Origin: Alphaproteobacteria bacterium
GTDB taxonomy: Bacteria; Pseudomonadota; Alphaproteobacteria; GCA-2731375
Assembly: GCA_965225945.1 (NCBI GenBank)
Contig: CBDDBZ010000024.1
Coordinates: 64,001-128,000, forward strand
Reading direction: 5' to 3'
Length of the DNA: 64,000 nucleotides
Part shown: positions 31,828 through 43,361 of the stretch, piece by piece
Numbering within the stretch: position 1 is the stretch's first letter
Layout: every line of letters begins with the position of its first letter
The notes under the pieces: generated by a model
Databases searched by the model: none
What the model was told of the DNA's origin: nothing
What the model saw: only the letters and a program-made list of their open reading frames with translations
Made by a program: the position numbers and the translations under genes

Positions 31828-32670
31828 ATGACCGAACCTGGAACCCGCGTGGCGCTCATCACCGGCTGCGGCAAGGAGAACGGCATCGGCGCGGCGATAG
31901 CCCAGCGTTTGGCAAGGGACGGTTTCATCGTTGCCACATCCGACGTGGCGGCGGCGGGCGTCGACAATGACAACACCGTCCAGCGCGTCAGCTCCGGTTG
32001 GCAGGGACTGGACACGCTAGTTGCGCGGATCGAGGCGGCCGGTGGGAAGGCGCTCAGCCTGACCGGCGACGTATCAACTGAGGACGGTGCTGCCCATCTC
32101 GTCGCCAGGACAATCGACGAGTACGGACGCCTGGACGTTCTCGTGAACAACGCCGGCGCTCCGCATGGCCAGGACCGCGGTCAGATCGAGGACGTGCCGC
32201 TTGCCGCGTGGGAAGCCGTAATGGGCATCAACGTCCGTGGAGTCTTCCTGATGACCCGCGCCGTGGTGCCCCACATGAAGGCGCGGGGCTACGGCCGGAT
32301 CGTGTCGATGTCGTCCGTAGCAGGCTTGGTGGCGCTGCCGGAACGGGCGGCCTACTGCGCCTCCAAGGCGGCCGTAATCGGCATGACACGTTCGCTCGCC
32401 TATGACCTCGCGCCGCACGGGATTACCGTGAACTGCATCTGCCCGGGATCGATCCGCACCGACCGCGCGATCAGTTCGACTCTCCGGGCCGGCTGGACTG
32501 ACGTGGACGCCGGTCTCGCGGAGCGCGCCAAGGTCATCCCGATCGGCAGGCACGGCCATCCGGAGGAGATCGCCGCGACCGTTGCCCACCTGGTCTCGGA
32601 TGAAGCAGGCTACATCATCGGACAAGCGATCCCAGTCGACGGCGGAGGCCTCCCGCCGAGCGCCTTCTGA
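31828..32670 (+). CDS. Short-chain dehydrogenase/reductase
   Basis: ITGCGKENGIG, NNAG, YCASK. Confidence 0.93.
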   Translation: MTEPGTRVALITGCGKENGIGAAIAQRLARDGFIVATSDVAAAGVDNDNTVQRVSSGWQGLDTLVARIEAAGGKALSLTGDVSTEDGAAHLVARTIDEYGRLDVLVNNAGAPHGQDRGQIEDVPLAAWEAVMGINVRGVFLMTRAVVPHMKARGYGRIVSMSSVAGLVALPERAAYCASKAAVIGMTRSLAYDLAPHGITVNCICPGSIRTDRAISSTLRAGWTDVDAGLAERAKVIPIGRHGHPEEIAATVAHLVSDEAGYIIGQAIPVDGGGLPPSAF

Positions 32671-32886
32671 TTCGGCCGGAAGAATCTGCTGGCCCGGCTA
32701 TGGGGCATGTTTCCCCGCTTAGCACCTTTTAAGGGAACGCCCGATCCTGGGGTACTCCGGACGTGGCCGGAGTGAAAGATGGTGTATCGCGGCGGCTGTG
32801 GCTGATGATATCAGGATGATGGCAGCCCCTTCACGCATGATCGTTCAATCGGGGTCGCCCTGACCTCGAACATCGAGGAAGGAGCG

Positions 32887-33939
32887 ATGACGATGGCACA
32901 TTTCGTAGGTCTGGATGTTTCGGTGAAGGAGACGGCGGTATGCGTCGTCGACGAGGTTGGCGAGGTGGTGTTGGAGCGGAAAGTACCGACCGAGCCGGAC
33001 GACATCGTCACGCTGCTGACCTCGATCGGCGTGGCCTATGGCCGGATCGGGATCGAAGCCGGTCCGCTCTCGCAATGGCTGGTCAACGGTCTTGCCGCCG
33101 CCGGGCTGCCGGTTGTCTGCGTCGAGACTCGGCACATGAAAGCACTGCTCAAGGGGCAGCAGGTCAACAAGAGCGACCGCAACGATGCGCGCGGCATCGC
33201 CCAGATGATGCGGGTCGGGCTGTTCAAGCCGGTGCATGTGAAGACCCTGGTTGCCCAGGAGCAGCGGATGCTGCTGACCAGCCGCAAGCTGCTCCAGAGA
33301 AAACTGCTCGACGTCGAGAACGATCTACGCGGGACGCTGCGCAACTTCGGTCTCAAGGTGGGCATGGTCAGCACCCGCGGGTACGAGGCGCGGATCCGCG
33401 AGCTGGTCGAAGACTTTCCGAAGCTGGCCGCTATTGTGGAACCGCTGCTCACCGTCCGGCGAGTGATGCGCCGGCAGTTCGCGGTCCTCCACAAAATGGT
33501 GCTCGACACGGTCCGCCATGACCCGGTCTGCCGACGGCTCGTGACGGCACCCGGCGTCGGCGTGGTCGTCGCGCTGACCTACCGGGCTACCATTGATCAG
33601 CCGCAGCGCTTCGTTCACTCCAGGGCGGTCGGCGCGCATGTCGGCCTGACGCCGAAGCGCTTCCAGTCCGGCGAGATCGACTATGATGGTCGCGTGTCCA
33701 AGTGCGGCGACAGCATGCTCCGCACGATGCTGTACGAGGCCGCGCAGTCCCTCCTCGCCCACGGCCGGAAATGGTCCTGGCTGAAGGCGTGGGGCATGCG
33801 AGTGGCCCAGCGACGTGGCATGCGCCGTGCCATCGTCGCCGTCGCGAGGCGCCTGGCCGTAGTTCTGCACCGCATGTGGGTCGACGGCACCGAGTTCCGC
33901 TGGAGCAACGGCCCTGCTGACGCCGTCAAGGCGGATTGA
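32887..33939 (+). CDS. IS110 DEDD recombinase
   Basis: Same motifs as copy 1. Confidence 0.95.
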   Translation: MTMAHFVGLDVSVKETAVCVVDEVGEVVLERKVPTEPDDIVTLLTSIGVAYGRIGIEAGPLSQWLVNGLAAAGLPVVCVETRHMKALLKGQQVNKSDRNDARGIAQMMRVGLFKPVHVKTLVAQEQRMLLTSRKLLQRKLLDVENDLRGTLRNFGLKVGMVSTRGYEARIRELVEDFPKLAAIVEPLLTVRRVMRRQFAVLHKMVLDTVRHDPVCRRLVTAPGVGVVVALTYRATIDQPQRFVHSRAVGAHVGLTPKRFQSGEIDYDGRVSKCGDSMLRTMLYEAAQSLLAHGRKWSWLKAWGMRVAQRRGMRRAIVAVARRLAVVLHRMWVDGTEFRWSNGPADAVKAD

Positions 33940-33999
33940 ACCTTCGACTGTACTGACAAGGAGATCAACGAGTTCTGCTTAGGCAGAGAGATGTCCTCA

Positions 34000-34215
34000 C
34001 GGGGACGACGGGTGGGGTGAGTTCGTAATGTCGGTAGACCCTGCCGCTGACCGGCGGCAAGGACGCGCGAAAGATTGAACCGCCTCATCCTCTGATCCCA
34101 TCATGAGGTGGTCACGCGCCAACCTCGAAGAGAAGCAAGAGCCCCGTGCGGCAACATCAGCCAGTGCGGAACGACGTGAAGAAGGAATATGGCATGATGT
34201 AACCAGAAAGGGCTT
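34000..34215 (+). ncRNA. Putative bridge/seek RNA in the IS110 right non-coding end (also in copy 1, ~22325-22540 minus)
   Basis: Stem-enclosed internal loop carrying AATGTCGG (34027-34034), complementary to the target flank; boundaries approximate. Confidence 0.65.
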
Positions 34216-34299
34216 GACCAAGGCCGCGATAGAGAAGCCGACATTCGGCCGATCAGCGCCATCGCATCAGGCCATTGCCGCTCTCTTCCACTCCCCACC

Positions 34300-34625
34300 A
34301 TGCTCCGCCTGGCCCTGCTGCTCACGCTCCTCACCACCCTCACCCTGGCCGACGTCACCGGCTCGGCCCGCGTTATAGACGGCGACACGATCGAGGTGGC
34401 CGGTGAGCGCATCCGCCTGCATGGCATCGACGCGCCGGAGAGCCACCAGGCCAGCCGACGACGCGGCGTGACATGGCTCTGTGGCGCCGAGGCGAGCAGG
34501 GCCCTCCGGGGCCTGGTAGGCGACGAGCCGGTGCGCTGCGACGAGCGGGGCCGCGATCGTTATGGCCGACTCATTTCCGTCTGTTGGGCCAACGGGATGG
34601 ACGTCAACGCGAGAATGGTGGCCAC
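34300..34625 (+). pseudogene. Thermonuclease (SNase-like), C-terminally truncated
   Basis: VIDGDTI, IRLHGIDAPE, DRYGRL; similarity ends at NARMV. Confidence 0.75.
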
Positions 34626-36516
34626 CGCCGTTATCTCACCGAGGGGCAGAAGGGGCTTGCCATTGGTGCGACTGGTCACTTTCCCGAGGGGGTTGCGCGC
34701 GGACCTAACCCCAAAATCGGCAGAAAACGGCCAATCATTGGAAGGTGGGCCAGCTGGCCCATCTTCAGAACACTCAATAGACGAATTCGGCGATGACGAA
34801 GATCACGATGACGAGGATCGCCGGCGGGACCACGGCGTATTTGATCACCGCCCGTCCGATCGCCTTCAGCTCGGCGTCGTTTGAGATCTACGTCATCAAC
34901 AGCGGCAGGACCGCCCCCAGCAACGGTATCGCGACGATCAGCACTTGATCGATCCTACCAGAGGCTGGTCGCAACCAGATCCCTTGAGAACCAGATCGCC
35001 AAGGCGAGCGATATCAGCACGACCTGTAGGGAAAACATCTGGGTGACGCGAAGGGAGTTCATCATGAGTCCGCTCCTGAAAGTGTTTCAATGGGCCCGAT
35101 ATGGGGTCGGCCGTCGCCACCCACATCACCCAAATGGATATCAATTTTTTCTGGAATTGGTATCCCCTTCATTGCCCCGATCCGGCCCGGGCAGGGGCAT
35201 GGGGCGGCCGACCCCCGCCCCCCTCGGCGTCACGGCGATCGGGCGGGACTCCAGTAGCCAAAAATACTCCCGCTACTCGAATCCTCGGAACCACGTCCGT
35301 TGCCGTGCTTGTAGGGTGGCAGCGACCGCTGGCCCGGTCGGGTTGTCGAGACAATGCAAGGCGAGCGTGTCTCGCCGGGCATACTTGCCCACGCTACGCG
35401 CGCGACGAGGTTTTCGGGCGTGTCCCGTGCTGGGCCGAGCGGTCGCCTCGCTTGAGCGCCAAAAGGCGCCGATCGGCAGCGGCTTTTTTGTATAATTTCC
35501 GTACGAGGGCTTTTCGGGGAGGCCGATCCCGTAAGAGGGGCAAAACCCCGGGCATTTTTTGAGCCGGGGGGATTCTCAGCGGACTCGAAGTATGAATCAA
35601 TGGGGCGATGGCCGAATCGCTCCCGGATATTGAGGCCCTGAGCCTGGACGACCTCAAGCGGTTGGTGCTCCGGCAATTGGAGGAGGTCGCGCGTCTGCGA
35701 GTGGAGAACGCGGCCTTGCGCGAGGAGATCGCGCGGCTGAAAGGGCTCAAGGGGCGGCCCAAGATCAAGCCGAGCGGCATGGAGAAGAAGGCGGCCGAAC
35801 GACGCAAGACCAAGGAACGGCGCCAACAGGCCTGCCGGGGCAAGAAGAACGCGCGGCTGCGTATCGACGAGGAGCGCATCCTTGTGGCCGAGGTTCCGCC
35901 GGGCTCGCGCTTCAAGGGCACCGAGCCCTACGTGGTCCAAGATCTCTTGGTGCGCCCATATACCCTGCGCTACCACCGGCAACGCTGGGTGACGCCGTCG
36001 GGAGAGACGGTGATAGCGGCCTTGCCAGCGGGGGTGAAGGGCCACTTCGGGTCGGAGTTGCGCCGCTTCGTGGTGGACCTCTACCACCAGGGCCAGACCA
36101 CGGTGGCGCGTCTGGTGGCCTTGCTCAGCGATATCGGGGTGGCGATCTCCAAGCGCCAGGTGATGCGGCTCCTGAACGAGGACCAGGCGTGCTTCACCGG
36201 CGAGGCGGGCGCGGTTCTGCGCGCCGGCCTGGAGACCGCGGCCTGGGTCAGCGTGGACGACACCGGCGCCCGCCATCGGGCGCGCAACGGCGTGTGCACG
36301 CAGATCGGCAACGACCATTTCGCCTGGTTCGCCACCGGCTTTTCCAAGAGCCGGCGGAACTTCCTGGAACTGCTGCGGGCCGGTCACGAAGACTACCTGG
36401 TTGTGGAACGGCGTGCAAAGTTGACCCCTGTTGAGGGGTGATCGGCGTCCAAATTTGACCCCCTGAGCCTGGCTAGTCCAAGTCACCTCGTTTTTGGGCG
36501 GACGAGGTGGTGGGGG

Positions 36517-38028
36517 ATGTTGGTCGTGGAGACGATAGCGCGGATCCGGCGGGAGTATTTCGTCAAGGGGAAGCCGATCAAGGAGATCGTGCGGGACGTG
36601 AAGGTCTCGGGCAACACGGTGCGCAAGGTGATCCGTTCGCAGGCGACGGCGTTCACCTACGACCGGCGGGTCCAGCCGATGCCGAAGCTGGGGCCGTGGA
36701 CGGCCGAGCTGGAGCGGATGCTGGAGGCCAACGAGACCAAGTCGAAGCGGGAGCGGCTGACGCTGCTACGGATCTCCGAAGCCCTCGAGGGTCTGGGCTA
36801 TGGCGGCGGCTACGACGCGGTGCGGCGCTACGCCAAGGCGTGGCGGTGGCGCCGTTCGGCATCGACGGCGCAGACCTATGTGCCGTTGGTGTTCTCGCCG
36901 GGCGAGGCCTATCAGTTCGACTGGAGCCACGAGTACGTGGTGCTGGCGGGGGTGACGACCAAGGTCAAGGTCGCGCACGTCCGGCTGTGCCACAGCCGAA
37001 TGTTCTTCGTCCGCGCTTATCCGCGCGAGAGCCAGGAGATGGTGTTCGACGCCCACGACCGGGCATTCCGGCTGTTCCAGGGTGCCTGCCGGCGAGGCAT
37101 CTACGACAACATGAAGACGGCGGTGCAGACCGTCCTCATCGGCAAGGAGCGCGCGTTCAACCGGCGCTTCGTGCAGATGTGTGGCCACTACCTGGTCGAA
37201 CCGACAGCATGCACGCCGGGAGCGGGATGGGAGAAGGGGCAGGTCGAGAACCAGGTCGGGATCATCCGCGGTCGGTTCTTCACCCCGCGGCTGCGCTTCA
37301 AGACCTACGACGAACTCAACGCCTGGCTCTTGGACCAGTGCGTCGCCTACGCCCGGCGTCATCCCCACCCGGTGTTCAAGGACAGGACTGTCTGGCAGGT
37401 GTTCGAGGACGAGCGTCCGTCCCTGGTCGGCTATCGCGGGCCGTTCGACGGCTTCCACGCGGTCCCGGCGTCGGTGTCGAAGACCTGCCTGGTGCGCTTC
37501 GACAGCAACAAGTACAGCGTGGCGGCGCGCGCCGTCGGCCGTCCGGTCGAGGTCCATGCCTACGCCGATCGCATCGTCATCCGCCAGGACGGCGAGATCG
37601 TCGCCGAGCATGCCCGGCGCTTCGGCCGCGACCAGACCGTCTATGACCCGTGGCACTACGTGCCCGTGCTGGCGAGGAAGCCCGGTGCGCTTCGTAACGG
37701 CGCGCCGTTCAAGGACTGGGCGCTGCCCGGCGCCCTGGGTCGCGTGCGCGTCCGGCTCGCCGGCCACGACGACGGCGACAGGCAGATGGTCGAGATCCTC
37801 ACCGCCGTGCTGGCGGATGGGCTGGCGGCGGTGGAGGCCGCCTGTGCCGAGGCGCTCGCTGGCGGCGTGTGCAGCGCCGACGTCGTGCTCAACATCCTCA
37901 ATCGTCGGCGCCAGCCGTCCGAGACGGCGCCGATCCCGACGCCCGCGAACCTGCGTCTTCGCTTTGAGCCGGTGGCCGATTGCACCCGCTACGACCGCTT
38001 GAGGGGGGTCGGCCATGGAGCGCCATGA
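36517..38028 (+). CDS. istA: IS21 transposase
   Basis: Protein identical to 25288-26799. Confidence 0.95.
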   Translation: MLVVETIARIRREYFVKGKPIKEIVRDVKVSGNTVRKVIRSQATAFTYDRRVQPMPKLGPWTAELERMLEANETKSKRERLTLLRISEALEGLGYGGGYDAVRRYAKAWRWRRSASTAQTYVPLVFSPGEAYQFDWSHEYVVLAGVTTKVKVAHVRLCHSRMFFVRAYPRESQEMVFDAHDRAFRLFQGACRRGIYDNMKTAVQTVLIGKERAFNRRFVQMCGHYLVEPTACTPGAGWEKGQVENQVGIIRGRFFTPRLRFKTYDELNAWLLDQCVAYARRHPHPVFKDRTVWQVFEDERPSLVGYRGPFDGFHAVPASVSKTCLVRFDSNKYSVAARAVGRPVEVHAYADRIVIRQDGEIVAEHARRFGRDQTVYDPWHYVPVLARKPGALRNGAPFKDWALPGALGRVRVRLAGHDDGDRQMVEILTAVLADGLAAVEAACAEALAGGVCSADVVLNILNRRRQPSETAPIPTPANLRLRFEPVADCTRYDRLRGVGHGAP

Positions 38029-38743
38029 GGTCCTGGAGATGATGGCCGCACTCAAGCTCGCCGGCATGCGCGACGCGTTCGACGAGGTGCTCGCCGACGG
38101 CCTCAAGCGCCAGCATCCGATGCAGCGAATCATCGGCGAGCTGTTGAAGGCCGAGATCGCCGACAAGCAGGCGCGATCCATCAAGTACCAGATGAGTGGC
38201 GCCAAGCTGCCGCTGGCCAAGGAGCTGGCCGACTTCGACTTCACCGACACCCCGGTCAACGAGCCGCTGGTCCGCGAGTTGGCGGTCGGCGGCTTCCTGG
38301 CCAACCAGCGCAACGCCGTGCTGATCGGCGGCACCGGCACCGGCAAGAGCCATCTCGCCGTCGCCATCGCGCGGGCCTGCATCCGCGATGGCGCCCGGGG
38401 CCGCTTCTTCAACGTCGTCGACCTGGTCAACCGGCTCGAGGCCGAAGCCCGCGCCGGCCGCCAGGGCCGGCTCGCCGATCAGCTGGCCCGGCGCGACCTC
38501 GTCATCCTCGACGAGCTCGGCTACCTGCCCTTCGCCCAAACCGGAGGCCAGCTGCTGTTCCACCTCGTCAGCCGGCTCTACGAGCGCACCTCGATCATCG
38601 TCACCACCAACCTGACCTTCGGCGAATGGCCGTCCGTCTTCGGCGACGCCAAGATGACCACCGCGCTCCTCGATCGTCTGACGCACCACTGCGAGATCAT
38701 CGAGACCGGAAACGACTCCTGGCGCTTCAAGAATCGGTCCTAA
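38015..38743 (+). CDS. istB: IS21 helper ATPase
   Basis: Protein identical to 24573-25301. Confidence 0.95.
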   Translation: MERHEVLEMMAALKLAGMRDAFDEVLADGLKRQHPMQRIIGELLKAEIADKQARSIKYQMSGAKLPLAKELADFDFTDTPVNEPLVRELAVGGFLANQRNAVLIGGTGTGKSHLAVAIARACIRDGARGRFFNVVDLVNRLEAEARAGRQGRLADQLARRDLVILDELGYLPFAQTGGQLLFHLVSRLYERTSIIVTTNLTFGEWPSVFGDAKMTTALLDRLTHHCEIIETGNDSWRFKNRS

Positions 38744-40041
38744 AGGCAACCGATCCACCTGCCGCCCGGTCGCCCAGGTGGGCCCACAGGAACCTCCCAC
38801 GCGCGGTCCGCCGCCAGCCGCGTGGTGGGCGCGTCGGCCCGCGCGCGGGCCCCTCCTATGGACTACCTGTACGACCTCCGCCGTGCATCCCCAAAGGGGT
38901 CAACATTGCACGCCGATAGGGGGTCAATGTTCAACGCCGATTGACAACCTGGTCAATGACGCGGCCTTGGCCTACATGCGCGAACGCCGTCTCGCCGGCC
39001 CCCTCGTCGCCCGTTTGGAAACGGCCCGGGTGCGCCGCTTTGCCGACGAGAGGATCTGGATGAGCCACCTGAAGGCCTTGGGGATCACGGACCTCGAGGT
39101 CCAGCCCGATCCGGTCAAGATCGCCACCGAGGGCGCGCTCTGGGGCTCCCTTACTGACCACGGCCTGCTCAAAGACAGCGTCATCCTCAGCGACGACGCC
39201 GGCCAGTTCAACGTCGGCCATCACGCGCTCTGCTGGGTCCACGCCGAGCGCTTGGTCCATAAGCTGGATTGTTTCACTCAGGCGCAGGCGCAAGCGAAAG
39301 AACGGATCCGGACCCGGATCTGGTGGCTCTACGCGGACCTCAAGGCCTACCGCGAAGACCCGCGCCGGCGACGAAGACGCGAGCTTCGCCGGCGCTTCGA
39401 CGATATCTTCACCAGGCGCACCGGCTTCGCCACCCTCGATCGCCTGCTCGCCCGGCTCCATGGCAACAAGGAAGAGTTGCTGCTGGTGCTCGAGCGCCCC
39501 GAGGTGCCGCTCAACACCAACGGCTCGGAGAACGACATCCGCTGCCAGGTGACCCGCCGCAAGATCTCCGGCGGCACCCGATCCGAGGCCGGCCGCGAGG
39601 CCCGCGACGCCTTCCTCGGCCTCATGAAGACCTGCGCCAAACAGGGCATCTCCTTCTGGGACTACCTCGGCGACCGCCTCGGGGTCCCCGATGCCCCGCC
39701 TATCGCCTACCTCCCCGATCTGATCAGGCAGCGCGCCGCCTCAGCCTGAGTGCCCGGGGTTCTGCCCCTATTACGAAACGGCTAGGCCTTTGGGTTTTCT
39801 AGTAGGCCTATAGTAGGCAAGAAGTCGAAGCATCCGGCCAAGGTTGCTGGTGGCCTTCGTAGGGGCGGGAATCGCGCCGAGAGCATGGTCCCCGCCGGAG
39901 TCCTGGCGCCCTTTACACGAAAACGGCTCATACAGCGTCATTCGGGTTGCCTCAGGTAGGTGGGGTGCAGAAGGGCCCGGGATGCCTCTTTGCAGCTCCT
40001 GAAGTGGGGTATAGGCCCCTTGGATGGAGAGGGGGCCGTGT

Positions 40042-40094
40042 TGACGCGCTCGGCAGGACTCGAACCTGCGACACCGTGATTAGAAATCCCGTGC
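40042..40094 (-). other. 3' half of a tRNA-Arg(TCT)-like gene (probable att remnant)
   Basis: TTCTAA anticodon loop and GCAGGTTCGAGTCCTGC T-arm; no matching 5' half. Confidence 0.6.
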
Positions 40095-40218
40095 AGTCGA
40101 ATCACTCTAAACGGCGGAGCAATACTGGGCCACTGAGGCGGCGTGGATGGTCCGGGCTGCGGGCGGAGCAAATTCCGCCACTGGGTAGCCTTTCATCGAG
40201 TTGATGGAAGGCGCGGAG

Positions 40219-41718
40219 ATGTACTCAGTGGAGCTTTATCGGAGGATCAGGCTTGCCTGTCGGCATGAAGGCCTGAGCGGGCGTGAGGCGGCCCGCCGTT
40301 TTGGGGTTGATCGGAAGACGGTAGCGAAGATCCTGGCGCACTCGGTTCCGCCGGGATACCGGCGCAGCCAGCCGGCGAAGCGGCCGAAGCTGGACCCGTT
40401 CACGGGGGTCATCGACCGCATTCTCGAGGAGGACCGGGCAGCCCACAGGAAGCAGCGGCACACCTCGAAGCGCATATTCGAGCGTCTTCGCGACGAACAT
40501 GGCTTCGAGGGCGGGCAGACCATCGTCAAGGATTACGTGCGCGAACGCCGTCGCCGTCTGCGGGAGATGTTCGTCCCTCTGGCACATCCTCCCGGGCATG
40601 CGCAGGCGGACTTTGGGGAGGCCAGGGTGGTCATCGCCGGCGTGGAGGGGAAGGCCCACTTCTTCGCCATGGATCTTCCCCACAGCGACAAGTGCTTCGT
40701 GAAGGCCTATCCGGCGGCGACGGCGGAGGCCTGGTTGGACGGCCACAACTCAGCCTTTGCCTTCTTTGGTGGGGTGCCCCAGTCGATTCTCTACGACAAC
40801 GACAAGCGCCTGGTGTCGCGCATTTTGCCAGACGGCACGCGGCAACGGACGCAGGCGTTCAGCGGGCTTCAATCGCATTATCTGTTCGAGGACCGCTATG
40901 GCCGCCCCGGCAAGGGGAATGACAAGGGCAAGGTCGAGGGTCTGGTCGGCTATGCGCGGCGTAACTTCATGGTCCCTGTTCCTCGCTTCGAGAGCTGGGA
41001 GGCCTTCAACGCCGATCTGGCGGAGCACTGCCATAAACGCGGAGAGGATGTCCTGCGCGGCCACCGCGAGAGCATCGGCGAGCGGTTTGGTCGCGACCGG
41101 GAGGTCCTGATGGCGTCGCCGCCGGCGCCGTTTGATGCTTGCGACAAGCAGGGCACACGGGTCAGCTCGCTCTCCCTGGTGCGTTATCGAAGCAACGACT
41201 ACTCGGTGCCTGTCGCCTACGGGCACCAAGAGGTCTGGGTCCGTGGCTACGTGCACGAGGTGGTCATCGGTTGCGGCGGCGAGATCATCGCCCGCCACCG
41301 CCGCTCTTACGAGCGAGAAGATCTGATCTACGATCCGCTCCACTATCTGGCTTTGTTGGAGAAGAAGATTGGCGCTTTGGACCAAGCGGCGCCGCTGCAG
41401 GGCTGGGACCTTCCCGAGGCGTTTGCCACCCTGCGACGCTTGCTCGAGGCCCGCATGGGCAAGAACGGCAAGCGGGAATACGTGCAGGTCTTGCGGCTTC
41501 TGGAGACCTTCGACCTCGAAAACCTCCATGGCGCCATCCGCGATGCCCTGCGGCTCGGCGCCATCGGATACGATGCCGTCAAACATCTGGTTCTCTGTCG
41601 CATCGAACGCAGACCGCCACGGCTGGACCTGGACGTCTATCCCTATCTGCCTCGCGCCCGTGTCGCGACCGCCGCCGCCGCCACTTACATGAGCCTGCTG
41701 GGTGGCGCCGGATCATGA
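40219..41718 (+). CDS. istA: IS21 transposase (third IS21 type; left end ~40106)
   Basis: PGHAQADF, YDND, DKGKVEG. Confidence 0.92.
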   Translation: MYSVELYRRIRLACRHEGLSGREAARRFGVDRKTVAKILAHSVPPGYRRSQPAKRPKLDPFTGVIDRILEEDRAAHRKQRHTSKRIFERLRDEHGFEGGQTIVKDYVRERRRRLREMFVPLAHPPGHAQADFGEARVVIAGVEGKAHFFAMDLPHSDKCFVKAYPAATAEAWLDGHNSAFAFFGGVPQSILYDNDKRLVSRILPDGTRQRTQAFSGLQSHYLFEDRYGRPGKGNDKGKVEGLVGYARRNFMVPVPRFESWEAFNADLAEHCHKRGEDVLRGHRESIGERFGRDREVLMASPPAPFDACDKQGTRVSSLSLVRYRSNDYSVPVAYGHQEVWVRGYVHEVVIGCGGEIIARHRRSYEREDLIYDPLHYLALLEKKIGALDQAAPLQGWDLPEAFATLRRLLEARMGKNGKREYVQVLRLLETFDLENLHGAIRDALRLGAIGYDAVKHLVLCRIERRPPRLDLDVYPYLPRARVATAAAATYMSLLGGAGS

Positions 41719-43360
41719 CCGACACGCCCCAGCTCTTGCTGGCCCATCACCTGAAGTCCCTCGAGCTGCCGACCTTCCAGCGCGAGTATGACAAGCTCGC
41801 CCGCCCGGCGGCCAACGGCCGCCCATCATATGATCGGCGCGCATTCGCGCGCGGGGCGCCGCCGAGGGCGTCGACCATGTGCGCTATCTGTTGCGCCTGG
41901 CCGAGCTGGAACTGATCGACCGCGAGCGCCGCATGGTCGAGCGGCGGATCCGGCAGGCCAGGTTCCCCGCCGCCAAAAGCCTCGACAGCTTCGACTTCAA
42001 GGCACTCCCGTCGCTCAATAAGATGCTCACCCTGGAACTGGCCCGATGCGAGTATATCGAGCGTCGTGAAAACGTCATTGCGCTCGGCAACAGCGGCAGC
42101 GGCAAAACCCATGTCGCGCTCGGTCTCGGCCTCGCGGCCTGTCAGAAGGGGCTTTCCGTCGGCTTCACCACGGCCGCCGCCCTGGTTCATGGGCTGATGG
42201 AGGCCCGGGACGAGAAGCGTCTGCTACGCCTCCAGAGCCAGTTGGCAAAATACCGCCTCTCGTCGGATGGCTTACGCGGCGCCACCGGCGCCACGGTCCA
42301 TCCTCCGCGTCGACGAACTCGGCTTCGTGCCGCTCTCCAAGACCGGCGCCGAACTCCTCTTCGAGGTCTTCTCCCAAAGATACGAGCGCGGCTCGATCCT
42401 GGTTACCTCGAACCTTGCCTATCCGGTTATCACCCACGGCTCACCCACTATATGTAGTGTGCACCCATTTTGCCTGAGTAAAGCTCGCCTGCAGGTCGAA
42501 GCGGAGATATCTCACGCCCCGATGCCGAGCAGGGACTCGGACGGCATTGTCAGCGCGCTTTTAGGCGACACTTTAGCGTGGTGGAAATCCTAATCATTGA
42601 GTCGGATTTGGCAAACTGGCCCCTTTTTGCACCGCCACGTTGCATAAAGGACCGTCACTTCATTGAAATTTATCTGAAATCGGAGGTGAACGACACCGAT
42701 GGAATATTCCAGGAAATCAGAGCTTCATTGAATTGTAGGATTGCTTGAGTGCCGGATTATTCACAAATAGCTCTGCGCGAACTGGGCGATTTTAGCACCA
42801 AGCCGCCGCTCAGTACGTCCCTGATATCGATCCAGGGCCACGGCCTTTTCCGCCCAGGATCGCAGGCGCGTTCTTGCGTCGTCGCTTCGATCTTCGCAGC
42901 GACTCAAAACGCGCAGGAGACATGAACATGGCGCGAGATTGTCGGGTTCTTCGCAAGCGATTCGTGCCAGCGCGTCGCATTTCTTCCGACTAGTGCCGTC
43001 AATCGCTCAGACGATGTCGTTTCATCAGCATTGGCTTCGAAGTGTCCTGGCCGGTGGGTTTCTTCGTTGCTTTCCCTGTGGTCGAGGGCCACCGCTCGTC
43101 CGTCCCCCGCCATGTTAAGCTGGGACGTGGAGCGTGAATTAAACTCCGGTTCGGTTTTGCAGAACAATCAAGAATTAGCCGGATCGCCTCCTCAATGCGC
43201 CTGCGCCGGCCCTTGCCTGCAGTCCAAGGAGACACACTACATATAGTGGGTGTGGGTGATAACCGGATAGGCAAGGATTGAACAAGCCGTTCGATGAATG
43301 GACCGAGGTCTTCGGCTCCGAGCGGCTCACCGGCGCGCTCCTGGACCGGCTCACCCACCG
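41715..43360 (+). pseudogene. istB: IS21 helper ATPase, frameshifted and interrupted by the TIR element
   Basis: GNSGSGKT, VDELGF, VTSN | PFDEW...LLDRLTH. Confidence 0.85.
42413..43276. mobile_element. Second, indel-rich copy of the 757-bp TIR element
   Basis: Same TIRs and internal order as 6991-7747; many small insertions; TSD not clean. Confidence 0.85.
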
Positions 43361-43361
43361 G

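Larger units (their letters stand above)
32779..34237 (+). mobile_element. IS110-family (IS1111-type) element, copy 2
   Basis: 1459 bp, near-identical to copy 1, AAG core. Confidence 0.92.
36402..38946 (+). mobile_element. IS21-family element (2545 bp), copy 2
   Basis: Same element as 24370-26914, inverted; TSD ACCTGGT. Confidence 0.95.
35608..39749 (+). pseudogene. IS66 transposase split (35608-36401 + 38954-39749)
   Basis: VDDTG, LSDDAGQF, CWVHAER, TNGSENDIR; rejoins in frame (1590 nt). Confidence 0.9.
35531..39774 (+). mobile_element. IS66-family single-ORF element, interrupted by IS21
   Basis: TIRs GTAAGAGGGGCAAAACCCCGGGCA / TGCCCGGGGTTCTGCCCCTATTAC; no TSD. Confidence 0.88.

Noticed and set aside
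24370-38946. Composite transposon bounded by the IS21 (or IS110) pair
   Set aside because: Each copy has its own TSD or target, and the outer flanks do not match.
40042-40115. Complete tRNA-Arg gene
   Set aside because: No 5' acceptor strand or D-arm, and the anticodon stem has a mismatch.
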